A stretch of DNA of 63,369 nucleotides, the filler included, from Octopus bimaculoides (lineage: Eukaryota): assembly GCF_001194135.2 (NCBI RefSeq). It is 7 parts of 7 records of this genome, joined end to end, with 100 filler letters (N's around TTAATTAATTAA, not from the genome) between each part and the next. Parts side by side here need not be neighbours in the genome. Positions count along the whole stretch, not along the records: positions 1 to 9,189 come from NC_068986.1; positions 9,290 to 19,183 come from NC_068985.1; 5 more parts are not named here. One strand, 5' to 3'. Shown here in pieces: positions 1 through 12,289 of the stretch. The notes beneath the pieces are model-generated. The model worked only from the letters and a program-made list of their open reading frames with translations, did not search any database and was not told the origin of the DNA. Each line of letters begins with the position of its first letter. Within the stretch, counting starts at the first letter, position 1. The position numbers and the translations under genes are program-made.

Positions 1-258
1 TAGAGCTTATCCCGAACGGGTAGTGCTTCTCGATAGCACTGCCAGGCCAGGGATCTCTGGAAGTTGTCCATAGGTCCCGGCCCGAAGGTCGTCTTAAACA
101 GGCGGGTCAGGTATTCCTCGTCGACGCCCAGGTTCGCCCCGAGATCGTCGTCGTACCTTCCCTCCACTAATCCACTATAGAATGCGTTAGTTGTGATGCA
201 GTCGCTCAAGGTTGACCCGGGTTGTTGGAGTTGCCGAAGAGCAGCGCGACACTCGCGA
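1..258 (-). mobile_element. Tx1/L1-type LINE ORF2 C-terminal fragment, 5'-truncated, runs off the left edge
   Basis: My minus-strand translation is open: RECRAALRQLQQPGSTLSDCITTNAFYSGLVEGRYDDDLGANLGVDEEYLTRLFKTTFGPGPMDNFQRSLAWQCYREALPVRDKL. It is colinear with the 6.8-7.0 kb LINE (YSGLVE, TFG, DNF, LxWQCYRxALPV). Confidence 0.85.
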
Positions 259-296
259 GATAGATAGATGGGAAACAGAGAGAGACATCCGCACTT

Positions 297-329
297 GTAC
301 ATACATACATACATACATACATACATACA

Positions 330-360
<31 letters not shown>
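297..360. repeat. (TACA)n microsatellite, representative of dozens of (TACA)n/(CA)n/(TA)n/(GATA)n tracts in the window
   Basis: Direct reading. Confidence 0.97.
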
Positions 361-814
361 GCACGTGTAACGCACACACACACATACATACGCATACGCT
401 TGTGTATTCAAAAGAATGCCAAAACGAATTTTGACAAGAGAAAGAGGGAGATTGACAAGCAAAGTGAAACGCGAAGAAAACGAGGAAGAGAGATAGAAAC
501 ATAATGGGCAAAGTAGATCTGTGGCTGTGTTGTAAGACCGAAGAAGCTCTCCTTCTTTTATCGGCAGCTACCAACGTATACCCCGATATCCTATTATCAA
601 CTTCCAGTGGTGAGTCTACATCCTTGGGTGGGCCAGCTGATCGTGTATTTAACATAAAAATAAACAAATGACAAAATGTCGGCCTCGAGCGCTGAAAGAA
701 ACGAGCGGGCTCGTGTTGAGTACTAACGGCAACACCCCCAAGAAACAGCATGGTGGCGGTGGAGAAAGGTTACGATTGATAGGAAGACGTAAAACAAAGT
801 AATGAAGCTATATA

Positions 815-850
<36 letters not shown>

Positions 851-1012
851 TGTATGTATGTATGTATAAAGAATGAAGATTGCTGAAGACGAAAAAAGGA
901 GAACAACTATGCCAGCCTTCAGTACATCAATCTTAAAATGAATCATCTGAAGTCATGTCACTGATATCTTTGTTTTATTTTTCAATTTGTTTTTAATATA
1001 TTTCCCTCAATC

Positions 1013-1200
1013 AAGGCGGTGAGCTGGCAGAGTCGTTCGCACGCTGGTCACACTGCTTAGCGGCATTTCGTCTGTCTTTACGTTCTGAGTTCAAATTCTG
1101 TTGAGGTCAACCTGCCTTTCATCCTTTCGAAATCGATAAGATAAGAAATATAAATACTGGGGTCGATGTAATCGATCAGCCCCCACACCCTCAAAATCTC
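1013..1200 (+). mobile_element. SINE family A (GGCGAGCTGGCAGA head; CTTTCATCCTTTC..TCGATAA core)
   Basis: Homologous to more than 10 other copies in this window. The core resembles the Nin/Inv SINE domain as I recall it. Confidence 0.85.
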
Positions 1201-2368
1201 TTATACCTATAGTAGGAAGGAATATATCTCCCTCTATATAAATATTAGACGTAGGCGCAGTGTGGCTGAATGGTTAAGAATTTCAGTTTATTACCACGAA
1301 ATTCTGGGCTCGATCCTACTCCGTAACATCTTGTGCAAATGCCATTTGCTGTGTTTCGGCTGCTTTATTAGTCTCATCTGTGTAATTAAAATATCTAATG
1401 ACAACATGTTAAAGTTTTCAGGACACTTTTATAAACTGTTACTATATTTTTTTTTCAGAAATAGTAAAAACTTGTGAAAACATGTATAGTAGATCAGCAG
1501 AATCTTTAGACATGCCTGAGTTCGTCAATATCAATCTAATTTCAATCACCACCGAGATCGACTTCACTTTTTACCTTTCGGACGTCGATAAAATAAATGC
1601 TACCTGAATGAGTTCGACATGATCGACTATTCTCACTCTGGACGAAAAATCAATACGGTTATTGACTAGTGGATGGATACTTCTGGCTACCAAAACGTCA
1701 AACAATTGACTGTTTGCACATCTATAAATTGCTTTGCACTGATGAGACTCGGTTGCGCCATAACAGTTTCTGTCTACAATATTAAATAACTAAATGTTGC
1801 AGTTGAAAACAAATGAATATTAAGTGGAGAGAGACGTTGTCTTCTGTGTAAATTATATACTATGATAAGGAACAATTAAAGTCAAGTAATACTTCCTTCT
1901 TGTTAAGAAACTGAACAACCAAAAAGGAATAAACCGATAAATATAAGTGGATTTGTAGGTGTGCATTTTAATATATGCCCCGTGTTTTTTTTATTTACAT
2001 ATTTTCCATACTTTAAATAACACACACACACATATATATACTATTTAAGACGGGCAGTTTAGTTTAATGGTAAAGCATTTGACCGGAGTTTTCAAGGGAT
2101 GTGAGTTCAAGTCATGTGGGTGTTTGTTGACAAAGTTTTCCACCTTGTAGAGATAATTTACCCAATATTTCTGCTGTCTAACGGTGTCTCTGCGTCCGAG
2201 GATAAATCATCATATATATATATGTGTGTGTGTGTGTGTAAGTATGTATGTACAGAAAGAGCGACTGAAAATAACTGATAATGTGAATTTAGGAGTTTCA
2301 TGCAATGATCTACAAGGAGCCCTGTATTATCTTTTATTCTTTTATACATAGAAATCTCATTATAGCGA

Positions 2369-2460
<92 letters not shown>

Positions 2461-2710
2461 GGTGTGTGTATACGCACATATATGCAAATCTGGACTACAC
2501 TCACACATACACACATAAAGTAATTTTCCTATTTATTACCAAGCTCCTTCTTTCTCTCTCTGACATTCACTTTGTTTCCCTCCCCCTTTTTCTATTCACT
2601 CTCTCTCTCTCTCTTTCTTCCTTTCTTGCCTTCTTTCTTTCTTTCTTTCTCGATAATCATCCCATCTTTTGACTATTACCCACTCTTACCAAAGAAAGTA
2701 ACGTAGATCG

Positions 2711-2760
2711 CTCTTACGTCAATGGCGGCAGGCCCACGCAAAACGGAAGTGACGTCACAT
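2711..2760. promoter_or_regulatory. Promoter-like motif cluster (YY1-like AATGGCGGC, GGCCCA, ETS-CRE composite CGGAAGTGACGTCA)
   Basis: AATGGCGGC at 2721-2729, CGGAAGTGACGTCA at 2744-2757, in a CpG-rich patch within AT-rich DNA. Confidence 0.35.
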
Positions 2761-3115
2761 TCTTGACAGATTTTGTTGTAGTTTAATCGTATAAACGGTT
2801 CAGATTAATATATAATTAATTTATTTATTTATATTGCTAAATTTATTAAATTATGTTCTCGGAAACATAAAGTAATGTATTCGTGTGCATACATTAACAG
2901 CTCTAAGCACGAACACACATATACAGTTACACACACATATGTATATGTGTACCAGTGTTTATATACATGTACACATACATGTGTGTCTGTATTTATGTAT
3001 ATGTACGTGTGCATACAGACACATATACACACATATACACCCATACACACACATATCTGTAAGTATATGTGTGTGTGTGTGTATATGCATATATATATAA
3101 TGTGTCTGTGTATAA

Positions 3116-3189
<74 letters not shown>

Positions 3190-3360
3190 ATGTATGTATG
3201 TATGTATGCGTATTTGCATATAGATGTGTATATGTCTCAAAGTGTGCGGATACATGAAGCCACATATATTTAACAAAATTATAACTATACTTATGGACAC
3301 ATATGCGCGGAAAACCACATACATAGATACACACACACACACACACACACGCACACACAC

Positions 3361-3395
<35 letters not shown>

Positions 3396-4089
3396 TATAT
3401 ACACACACACACACACGTTACCCTGAGGAAGCTATATATAATTGCTGGCAGACATCCTAAGACGTAATCAACTTCCGCATTCCTCATCTTAACAGGTGTC
3501 TTGTGTTGTAGTGTGCTTTATTTCTGTTCCACGTCGTACATTCCATTGTCAGTCTGTCTATCTATCAATCTATCTGTCTGTTTGTCTGTCTATTTATCTC
3601 TCTAGAATTCCATTCATCTGTATACCATTCCATTTGCCTGCCTGTCTGCCTGCCTCTCTATTGTCCCGTCTACCTACTATTTCGCCTGTCTACCCGTCTC
3701 TCTATTGTTCTGTCTACCATTCCACCTATCTGTCTGTCGTTCCACTCTCCCGTCAGTCTATGTCTAGAATTCCATATTCTTGCCTACCATTTCATATGCC
3801 TAAATGCCCTGCCAAGAATGCTTTGCCTGTCTACAATAACATTTGTATTTCTGTTAATCATTTCATTCATCTTTCTGATAGGAAGGTAGTCTACCTATCT
3901 ACCTTCCTATCTTTCAATTTATGTATGTATGTGTGTGTATAATTATGTATGTATGTTTGTATGTATGTATGTATGTATGTATGTATGTATGTATGTATGT
4001 ATGTATGTATCGGTATGTTGATAAGTGCCAACGCGCGAAACTCTCGGACCTTGTGTCACTCTGTTACTTCTGATAAATATGTATATGTG

Positions 4090-4143
<54 letters not shown>

Positions 4144-4149
4144 CGGCAT

Positions 4150-4338
4150 TCACCATGATAGATCGCTAGCTACTACACGTTGTTGTTTCTCTCCTTGTTT
4201 CTTTCTGTGTTCCTTTCTGTGAAAGAGCGTAAGCTCGAAACGTTAAAGACTTTTTCACTTCCTGAGCGTTATACTAATACATCTGTTTGTTGTCTACACG
4301 ACCTGTCTTCGTCTTTTTTCTTGTGAATTCTCCCTATA
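4150..4338 (+). mobile_element. Non-autonomous repeat with hammerhead-derived stem-loop (probably PLE-derived)
   Basis: CTGTGAAA-GAGC-GTAA-GCTC-GAAACGTT at 4217-4244; homologous inverted copy at 5915-6112. Confidence 0.6.
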
Positions 4339-4957
4339 TANNNNNNNNNNNNNNNNNNNNNNNNNNNNNNNNNNNNNNNNNNNNNNNNNNNNNNNNNNNN
4401 NNNNNNNNNNNNNNNNNNNNNNNNNNNNNNNNNNNNNNNNNNNNNNNNNNNNNNNNNNNNNNNNNNNNNNNNNNNNNNNNNNNNNNNNNNNNNNNNNNNN
4501 NNNNNNNNNNNNNNNNNNNNNNNNNNNNNNNNNNNNNNNNNNNNNNNNNNNNNNNNNNNNNNNNNNNNNNNNNNNNNNNNNNNNNNNNNNNNNNNNNNNN
4601 NNNNNNNNNNNNNNNNNNNNNNNNNNNNNNNNNNNNNNNNNNNNNNNNNNNNNNNNNNNNNNNNNNNNNNNNNNNNNNNNNNNNNNNNNNNNNNNNNNNN
4701 NNNNNNNNNNNNNNNNNNNNNNNNNNNNNNNNNNNNNNNNNNNNNNNNNNNNNNNNNNNNNNNNNNNNNNNNNNNNNNNNNNNNNNNNNNNNNNNNNNNN
4801 NNNNNNNNNNNNNNNNNNNNNNNNNNNNNNNNNNNNNNNNNNNNNNNNNNNNNNNNNNNNNNNNNNNNNNNNNNNNNNNNNNNNNNNNNNNNNNNNNNNN
4901 NNNNNNNNNNNNNNNNNNNNNNNNNNNNNNNNNNNNNNNNNNNNNNNNNNATATATA

Positions 4958-5241
4958 CTCTCTCTTTTCACTCTTTTACTTGTTTCAGTCTTTTGACTGT
5001 GGCCATGCTGGAGCACCGCCTTTAGTCGAGCAAATCGACCCCAGGACTTATTCTTTGTAAGCCTAGTACTTATTCTATCGATCTCTTTTGCCGAACCGCT
5101 AAGTTACGGGGACATAAACACACCAGCATCGGTTGTCAAGCGATGTTGGGGGGACACACATACAAACATATACACACACACACATATATATATATATATA
5201 CACATATACGACGGGCTTCTTTCAGTTTCCGTCTACCAAAT
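4958..5241 (-). mobile_element. SINE family B (CORE-like, internal microsatellite), 3' two-thirds
   Basis: Reverse complement of the full copy at 16455-16875. Confidence 0.9.
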
Positions 5242-5258
5242 CTAGCTAGCTAGCTAGC

Positions 5259-5311
<53 letters not shown>

Positions 5312-5478
5312 TATGCGTATATATGTATATAAATATGCTCACTCACATACGTACACGCACGCGTGTGTAAATATTTGTCAGCGTATATATATAGGTGTGT
5401 AGAATGTGTGTATGTGATTGCATGTGTTGGGAACTGTCAGTGTGTGTCCGAGGAATCTGTGTGTGGGTGCGTGTGGGG

Positions 5479-5518
<40 letters not shown>

Positions 5519-5519
5519 C

Positions 5520-5589
<70 letters not shown>

Positions 5590-5914
5590 ATCTCAAGGAA
5601 CAGCTGTATTTCAACATAGAAACATAGTAGGATGTTGGTGGTAAGTTCCACGTGTTATGTGCAGCTGTTTGGAAGCATGTGGGTAGGTAGGTAGGTAGGT
5701 AGGTAGGTAGGTTTTTAGGTAGGAATGCAGGCAAAAATGCAAGCAAACAGACAGGTGGGAAGTTAGCAAGTGGGTAGCTACGGTGGTACATGGATATTTG
5801 ATAAGATACTGTTAGTGACAAATCGAGGTTTGATCAGGTAGAACTTCAAACTATATCCATCAAGATTTTTCCTGTCGTAGTGTACCGTGGACAACATTAT
5901 CATATGTATCGTTG

Positions 5915-6112
5915 AAATTTATAGAAAAACAAAAGACGAAGACAGGTGTATGAACAATTAGCAAGTGTGTTAGTTTGACGCTCGGGAAAAATGGAAAAGT
6001 CTTTTACGTTTCGAGCCTACGCTCTTCAATAGACAGGAATAAGAGAAAATGAACAGAGAGATAATGAAAAAAAAAAAATACTCGTAGATTTCAGCGGTCC
6101 AGCATGGTGATC
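5915..6112 (-). mobile_element. Second copy of the hammerhead-derived non-autonomous repeat
   Basis: Minus strand reads CTATTGAA-GAGC-GTAG-GCTC-GAAACGTA (6005-6032); flanks align with 4150-4338. Confidence 0.6.
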
Positions 6113-6239
6113 CCTGTTTATGATATAGAGTGAGACCTGAGAAAGATTTGGATTCCTTGCCTAAGTCGAGCAGCCGTACAGATATTCTCGTATATAGGTA
6201 GATAAACTGGTAGGTGTGTCAGTAGATCGATAATGGTAG

Positions 6240-6510
6240 GTTAAAGGTAAAGGTCACCTTCTCGAGTCATATCGACTCATAAAGGCTGCTTTACTGCTTT
6301 CCCGATTTCCATGGCGTACATAAATTTTCCCCACCTGGGCGGGACGCCAGTCCGTCGCAGGATAACTCAATTTTGCCATCAGAGTGGACGGGAGCAACGT
6401 GAAATGAAGTGTTTTACTCAAGAACACAACGCAACGTCCGGTACAGGGATCGAAACTATAATCTTATGATCATGAGTCCAACACCCTAACCACTAAGCCA
6501 CGTGCCTCTA
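6240..6510 (-). mobile_element. tRNA-derived SINE family C with an alternative tail
   Basis: A-box TGGCTTAGTGG and B-box TTTCGATCC on the minus strand; core shared with the copies at 43080 and 62390; ends in TTTACCTTT. Confidence 0.85.
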
Positions 6511-6511
6511 C

Positions 6512-9185
6512 TTGAGTAGAATGGTGGCTTATATCAGTTGTGTATATCGGGTATTGCCGTGCATCTCGTGCAACAGTACTTGCAACCTTCATGTCTACAG
6601 CTCACTGTTGCTGGCCAGTCGACATCTGTACTCTTCCTTCGCCGGACAACAGGTGTTCAGCATAAGCATACCTTTCAGATATCTCCGGACACTGAACAAT
6701 AGCGTGAGGGACGGTTTCCCTGTCTCCCTCGCATCTTGGACAGGTCGGCGACTGACGCTTACCGTGTCTTGCGACCTTAGCTCAAACGGGCAAGGCACCT
6801 CTGTAACATTGCCAGGTTAAGGACTTTTAGAAGTTGTCCAACGTTCTCAACCCGAATGTACGGTGATACAGGCTGTCCAGTTGAATAAACCCGAGACCTA
6901 GAGTCGCTCCCATGCCATCGTCGCATTCAGACTCTACCAACCCACTATATAAAATCCGTGTGGAACCCCCACTACTGGCGTTGCCAGAGCGACGGAATAG
7001 AGAGAGGGCCTTACGGAACTCATTATGCCATTCACTTGACTTCGGTCTACGAGAACACCAGGCTTCCTGTTCGCAAAAACTTTTGAACTCGGGGAACATT
7101 TGTCTGGCCAGCGGAGACCACACCCGTTCACTATCCAGGAAAATCCAGAGGTGCTTTATCCTCAATGTATGCCTGCGCATCATTAACCAAGGCATCCCTA
7201 AACCTCCCTTTAAAGGCTTTTGAAAGCAGACAGAGCGTTTCACAATTGACGACCTGCCCTTCCACAAAACGCGAAAGAGCTGTCTTTCCAACCTGATCAA
7301 CCAAGAATCCGGACAGGGCACGACGGTCAGGTGGTAGGTAATGACCGATGCAATAAACACATTGGCCACCTCCGCTCTCCCTTTCAGGGATAGCCACCGC
7401 CAAGACGAGGTCTTGACTACTGTAGCCACCGTGCTCAATACCTCCGTCCAGTTCTTCTCTATCTGGAAGCCTGGTCCAAACCAAACTCCCAGCAACTTAA
7501 CATGTCCCTACATCCAGCGTCCAACAACACTGTCTGAAGGAATCGACTTGCTAACCCAGGTGCCGAGCTGCAAACCGACCAACTTTTCCCGGTTAATCTT
7601 CGCTCCTGCCACCCTTCGTAAGCCTCGATAGTTTTACCCACTTTACGTAGGCGTGCTACTGAGGTTACGCTGATAGTGACATCATCCGCGTAAGCCGTAA
7701 CAAACTCTTCTAGACCTGGTTCTCTCGGAATGTCATTCAACCTTCCCAGTAGGGGCTCGAGAGCCACCACATACAAAAGTGGTGAGAGCGGGCATCCTTG
7801 ACGAACCGAGCATCTGATGCAGAACGGCTTCGAAAGGAAACCTTTCACCCGAACTATCGAGCCAATGTTGTGGTACAAAGCGATAAACCACCTGAGGAAG
7901 CCAAGGCCTAGGCCCAACCGTGCAAACACAGTCGCTAGGTATCGATGGACAACCTTATCAAAAGCTTTAGACTGGTCCAAATGTACCAATTCCCCACCTT
8001 TGCCAGATTTATTACCAACCCTCTCTATGGTGTAGCGAATAAAATTAAGGGTATCCTGAATGGTTCTACCTGGGATGGCACATGTCTGTGCCTACCCGAC
8101 TATACCATTCGCGACACTCGCCAACTCGACTTCAGGCCACGGACATTTATACAACCAATGTGAATAGACGTGACTTACCTTTTAGATCGGGGTGTCCTGT
8201 GGAGAGAGACTCTCCACCTTTTCTTGACTCAGGGTCGGAGGTGGCAAGCCTTCAAATATAGATTGATGAAAATCAAATCTCAATGATAAGACCGATTTTC
8301 TATACGTGTTACACAAGATATTGTTTTTTTTTGTCCACTTCGTAAAATTCATAGTTTTTATATTTTTTTGATAGCTCAATTAGCTTAGTGGCTGATTTTT
8401 TGTTTTTATATCACGCTTTTTTCCTTCAGTTTCTCTCTTTCTTCCTCCTCACTGTCCGATTCTTCTTCACTTTCTTTACAATATTTTTTAATGTGACCCA
8501 GTTGGCCACACTGGAATCATCGGGGCTTACGCCCCTCAACCAAAATATTCAGAACTTCCTCCCCTACTTTTACTATTTCTGGGAGTTGTTCTAAAATTTT
8601 CTGCTCTGCCTGCATTAGCAGGTTGAGCATTTGTCCAGTCCAATATGTATTCTGTATGACAGTAGCCTGCAGGAGGTTTATATTATCCTCCCTGTTTGCC
8701 AGGACTGCCGCTATCAATCACATAGGGTTTACTCCGAGTGAAATTCTTGGTATTCTAACCTTAGATCTTCTCATTCTCATGTAAATTGGGATTAATATCA
8801 TGTCTTCCGATTCTAATGATTTTACAGAGTGTTGTTGAGCTGTTTCTGTGTTCTTGAACCTCACCACGATGGTTCCAAACTTCTTCCCTCTGGCTAGGTA
8901 AGTAATGTCCTGCCAGATGGGTTTTAAACATTTTTCAATTTTCTGCTCACATATTCTGTCAATTTTTCGAGCTTCTAAGCAAAATGTCTTAAAAATAATA
9001 ATTTTCCTTTTTTCTCTGCCGTTAATTGTTCTTCTGGTATTTCCACTTTTACCACTCCCTCTCGAACCGTTATCATTTCCTTGTATTTTAATAATTCTTT
9101 TTTGTCAGTTGACAGCTGTCGCGTCCCACTACCAGCTGCAGACGCAAAACTTTTTCTTTCTTCATTTTGAATGGTCTTTGCTTCT
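6512..9185 (-). mobile_element. Degenerate near-full-length Tx1/L1-type LINE (ORF1 plus internally deleted ORF2)
   Basis: ORF1 remnants at ~8200-9170 with a gag-type knuckle (C>stop)FQCGQLGHIKKYC at 8478-8519. Endonuclease start IHIGCINVRGL at ~8131-8165. RT motifs QTCAIPGRTI, DQSKAFDKV, VRQGCPLSP, YADD. C-terminal CPRCx8Hx4C at 6689-6742. Several stops and frameshifts. Confidence 0.95.
6827..8100 (-). pseudogene. Reverse transcriptase pseudogene of the Tx1-type LINE
   Basis: ORF track 7459..7989 and 6827..7495 joined by a frameshift; YADD catalytic motif. Confidence 0.93.
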
Positions 9186-9784
9186 ATATNNNNNNNNNNN
9201 NNNNNNNNNNNNNNNNNNNNNNNNNNNNNNNNNTTAATTAATTAANNNNNNNNNNNNNNNNNNNNNNNNNNNNNNNNNNNNNNNNNNNNTGTGTGTGTGT
9301 GTGTGTGTTATATTTATGTACGTATAAATGCAGTAAAAACTAGAGAATAGAAATGAAAACAAATATTCTACTGACTATGAACGTAGTTACGATGTTATCA
9401 GAGATATCTTGCTATAGCTTTGTGAGATGATTTTTGGAAATATATTTACGAAGCGGTTTCATTGATACGTTGGTGTTCGATGTATGTCGATCTAAAGATT
9501 TAACCCAGCAGCTGTTGAAGTTTTTCTCAAATGGTAACAATTTTCATAGTATTTTAAAGGTAGTTCTGATTCTTAATGTAACAATATATAATTCATTACA
9601 CCCGTGGATGTATTAGGGACTCATTGTCTTAAGAGTTGGGGAGGGTTGTTGTCCGTTGAAGAAAAGCAATAGCAATCATATATACCCCTTCGAATCTACC
9701 ATAATGTATTAAGAATGAACAAATATGTTATAGAAAATTAATATTTGTAAATCTCTCAACGAGAAATATTCAGCAACGTTACTC

Positions 9785-10101
9785 TAGAGTAAAGATTATT
9801 TGCCGACATAACAGGGTAGTCCTGATTTAGGACGAATGTTGCTGTAATTTAGCCCCAGGAGACTTCGTCTCCAGCTGGTTATAAAACACGATCTGTGTCC
9901 TTATACTTTCGAACAAGGGTATTTAGTTTTATTATATTGTTTTGAGCTGGGTGGGGGTGCTAAATGCCCTTGTTCAAAAATATAAGGACACAGATCGTGT
10001 CGTATAGCCAGCTGGAGACGCTGTCTCCTGGGGTTAAATTACAGCAACATTCGTCCTAAACCAGGACTGCCACGTTATGTTAGCAAATAATCTTTACTCT
10101 A
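9785..10101. repeat. Fold-back (MITE-like) inverted repeat: 142-bp arms, 33-nt spacer
   Basis: Arms 9785-9926 and 9960-10101 align without indels; I count about 15 mismatches. Confidence 0.93.
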
Positions 10102-11168
10102 CAGATATGTTATTGCATGGATTTTTGCTGCGTTGCTGGCATCATATGCATTAGTATCTTATTCTTTGTTCGGATTTTTTCTTCTCTGCTAAGCAGTGTT
10201 GGCATTTGTTGGCTCCGTGTAATGTATAGCATTTGTCTAGTTTATGACGTTCGTTTGTTTTGGTTTGTAAGTCTCTAGACTTATTTAGAGAATGAGGTGG
10301 TGTTTCTGGGTGCTGAACCTGGAATAATCAATGCGTAAATCGGCTTTTGAATGAAATGACTTTCATATCATCTCATGATATACACATGAGATGAAAAGAC
10401 TTGGGCTTGGAATGTTAGTATCTTATCAAGAACATTCCATTGAGGGGACATGAATTAATGGTATTACAATTGCACAAAGATGAATATTCAGAGTCATTTA
10501 TCCACGTTATTTGTATTGTATGATTGCTTTTGCTATTCTTCGTTAGTGGTGGTGGAGGCAAAGTACTGTTATAGCTAATATTTAATGTAGTTTTATTATA
10601 GAATCTGTGACATATGTATGGAACTACCTTCGAAACTATTCTTTAATAAAAACGATGTTCAAACTAATAGGTATTCTTGAAGTAAATTAGTTTCTGAAAA
10701 TGTATGTATGTGTGTATCAATGTATGTGTGTGCGTGTGTTTGTGTATGTGCGAGCTGCTGGTATGTTGCATATATTGTACCTTGTGTTTAATGCGGGCAT
10801 TTTTTAATTTTGATGTTAAAAATCAGTTTGCTGATTCACTTTTGAAGTCTACGAGCGAGTGACTATTCAGAACTTCTCTACTCCATACATACATACATAC
10901 ATACATACATACATACGTACGTATGTACGTACGTACATACATACATATACATACATATGTTCGTAGAGTAAGAATAGTCTTCACTGAATACATGAGAGGC
11001 TGCTGCTCTGTTATCTACATAAAGGTTTCTATTAACTTTGCATGTTATTCTTATCTTCGGAGTCAATAATTTTAAAGTAACTGTCAAGATATGAGTTAAT
11101 GGTAGCGATTGATCTCCTCCCCTCATAGATATAAGTCCTGTATCTCAATTAGAAACCATTATCATCAC

Positions 11169-11211
<43 letters not shown>

Positions 11212-11299
11212 GTTCAGTAGTCTTATTTTTATAACTATTATTATTATTATTATTATTATTATTTTTTTTTTCTCTAATATTAATAATAACTATTATCGC

Positions 11300-11510
11300 T
11301 GTGGCGATCTGGTAGAATAGTTATCAGGCCGGATAAAACTCTTAGCGGCATTTCGTCCGTCCTTACGTTCTGATTTCAAATTCCGACAAGGTCGACTTTG
11401 CCTTTCATCTTTTCGAGGTCGATAAAATAAGTATCAGTTGAACACTGGGGTCGATCTAATCGGCTAACCCCTTCCCCCAAATTCTTGGCTTGGTACCAAA
11501 CTTTGAAACC
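11300..11510 (+). mobile_element. SINE family A copy
   Basis: Aligns to 1013-1200 and 13239-13440. Confidence 0.85.
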
Positions 11511-11514
11511 ATTA

Positions 11515-11558
<44 letters not shown>

Positions 11559-11809
11559 GAAACTTAAAGACTGATGATGTCATTCCATCAACGCGTGGAC
11601 GCTGGTTGTTCTCGTTCATTCTTTAGATTTGAATTTACGTAATTTTGAATTTTTATCACTCGAACTCGACAAAGACAGGCTTGCTGTCGAAATAGAACGT
11701 AAAGACGGCGAAATACCGCTAAGCATTTTGTCCAGCGTGCTAACGATTCCACCAGCTCACCGCCTTGATGATGATGACAATAATGAAAGACAAAATTAGC
11801 CGCGGCAGG

Positions 11810-11841
<32 letters not shown>

Positions 11842-11858
11842 CATTATTATTATTATTA

Positions 11859-11899
<41 letters not shown>

Positions 11900-12216
11900 G
11901 TTCAGTAGTTTTATATTTATAACGTGCTTTCACTTCACGACCGAGCGCAGCTCTATGCGCCTTGGGTATGTGCTGTGGTTTGTTGTGATGCTCTTATGGT
12001 TACTGTATTGAAAGTGTCTTGCGTAGGATGTGTGCAGTGCCCAGTAGTGCAATTTTCTGTATGTTATATATATTTGTAAGTCCTGGTGCTTTTGTTATGT
12101 ATTTGTCTGAATATTTTTTTTATTATACCTAAGGCACCTACTATAATAGGAATTGTTTCTGTTTTTAGATTCCACATTCGAGTTACCTTTATTTCCAGGT
12201 CTTTGTATTTTGAAAG

Positions 12217-12220
<4 letters not shown>
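11900..12220 (-). mobile_element. 3' end of an RLE-type non-LTR retrotransposon (R4/Dong-like)
   Basis: Translation KYKDLEIKVTRMWNLKTETIPIIVGALG followed by a frameshifted IQKIALLGTAHILRK; embedded in (ATT)n. Confidence 0.75.
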
Positions 12221-12250
<30 letters not shown>

Positions 12251-12289
12251 GAAAGCTTACAGCTTATTTTGCTGGGTATGATGGAAAGT

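Noticed and set aside
206-751. 181-aa minus ORF with near-perfect Kozak (CCGCCACCATG), and an opposite-strand mini-ORF from ~503 with a GTGAGT donor at 610
   Set aside because: There is no recognisable homology, the 3' half runs into microsatellite and LINE sequence, and the two readings conflict.
2050-2120. tRNA-like sequences (also 22605, 28432, 43080, 62390) as real tRNA genes
   Set aside because: They lack a complete cloverleaf and continue into SINE bodies, so they are treated as SINE heads.
2158-3487. Many 60-160 aa ORFs rich in CV/HT/YI/MY (here and throughout)
   Set aside because: They are translations of dinucleotide and tetranucleotide microsatellites.
5598-5640. Possible micro-exon TAVFQHRNIVGCW (kinase-like HxNIV) with GTAAGT donor
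   Set aside because: The acceptor is preceded by (GT)n rather than a pyrimidine tract, the motif is too short, and there are no partner exons.
9190-9289. TTAATTAATTAA embedded in N runs (also 19228, 34793, 52201, 55467, 59127)
   Set aside because: It sits in a 44N+12+44N 100-bp spacer and carries stops in all six frames. This is a scaffolding linker, not biology.
10368-10394. 10-bp hairpin TCATCTCATG/CATGAGATGA
   Set aside because: A stem this short is expected by chance in 63 kb of AT-rich DNA.
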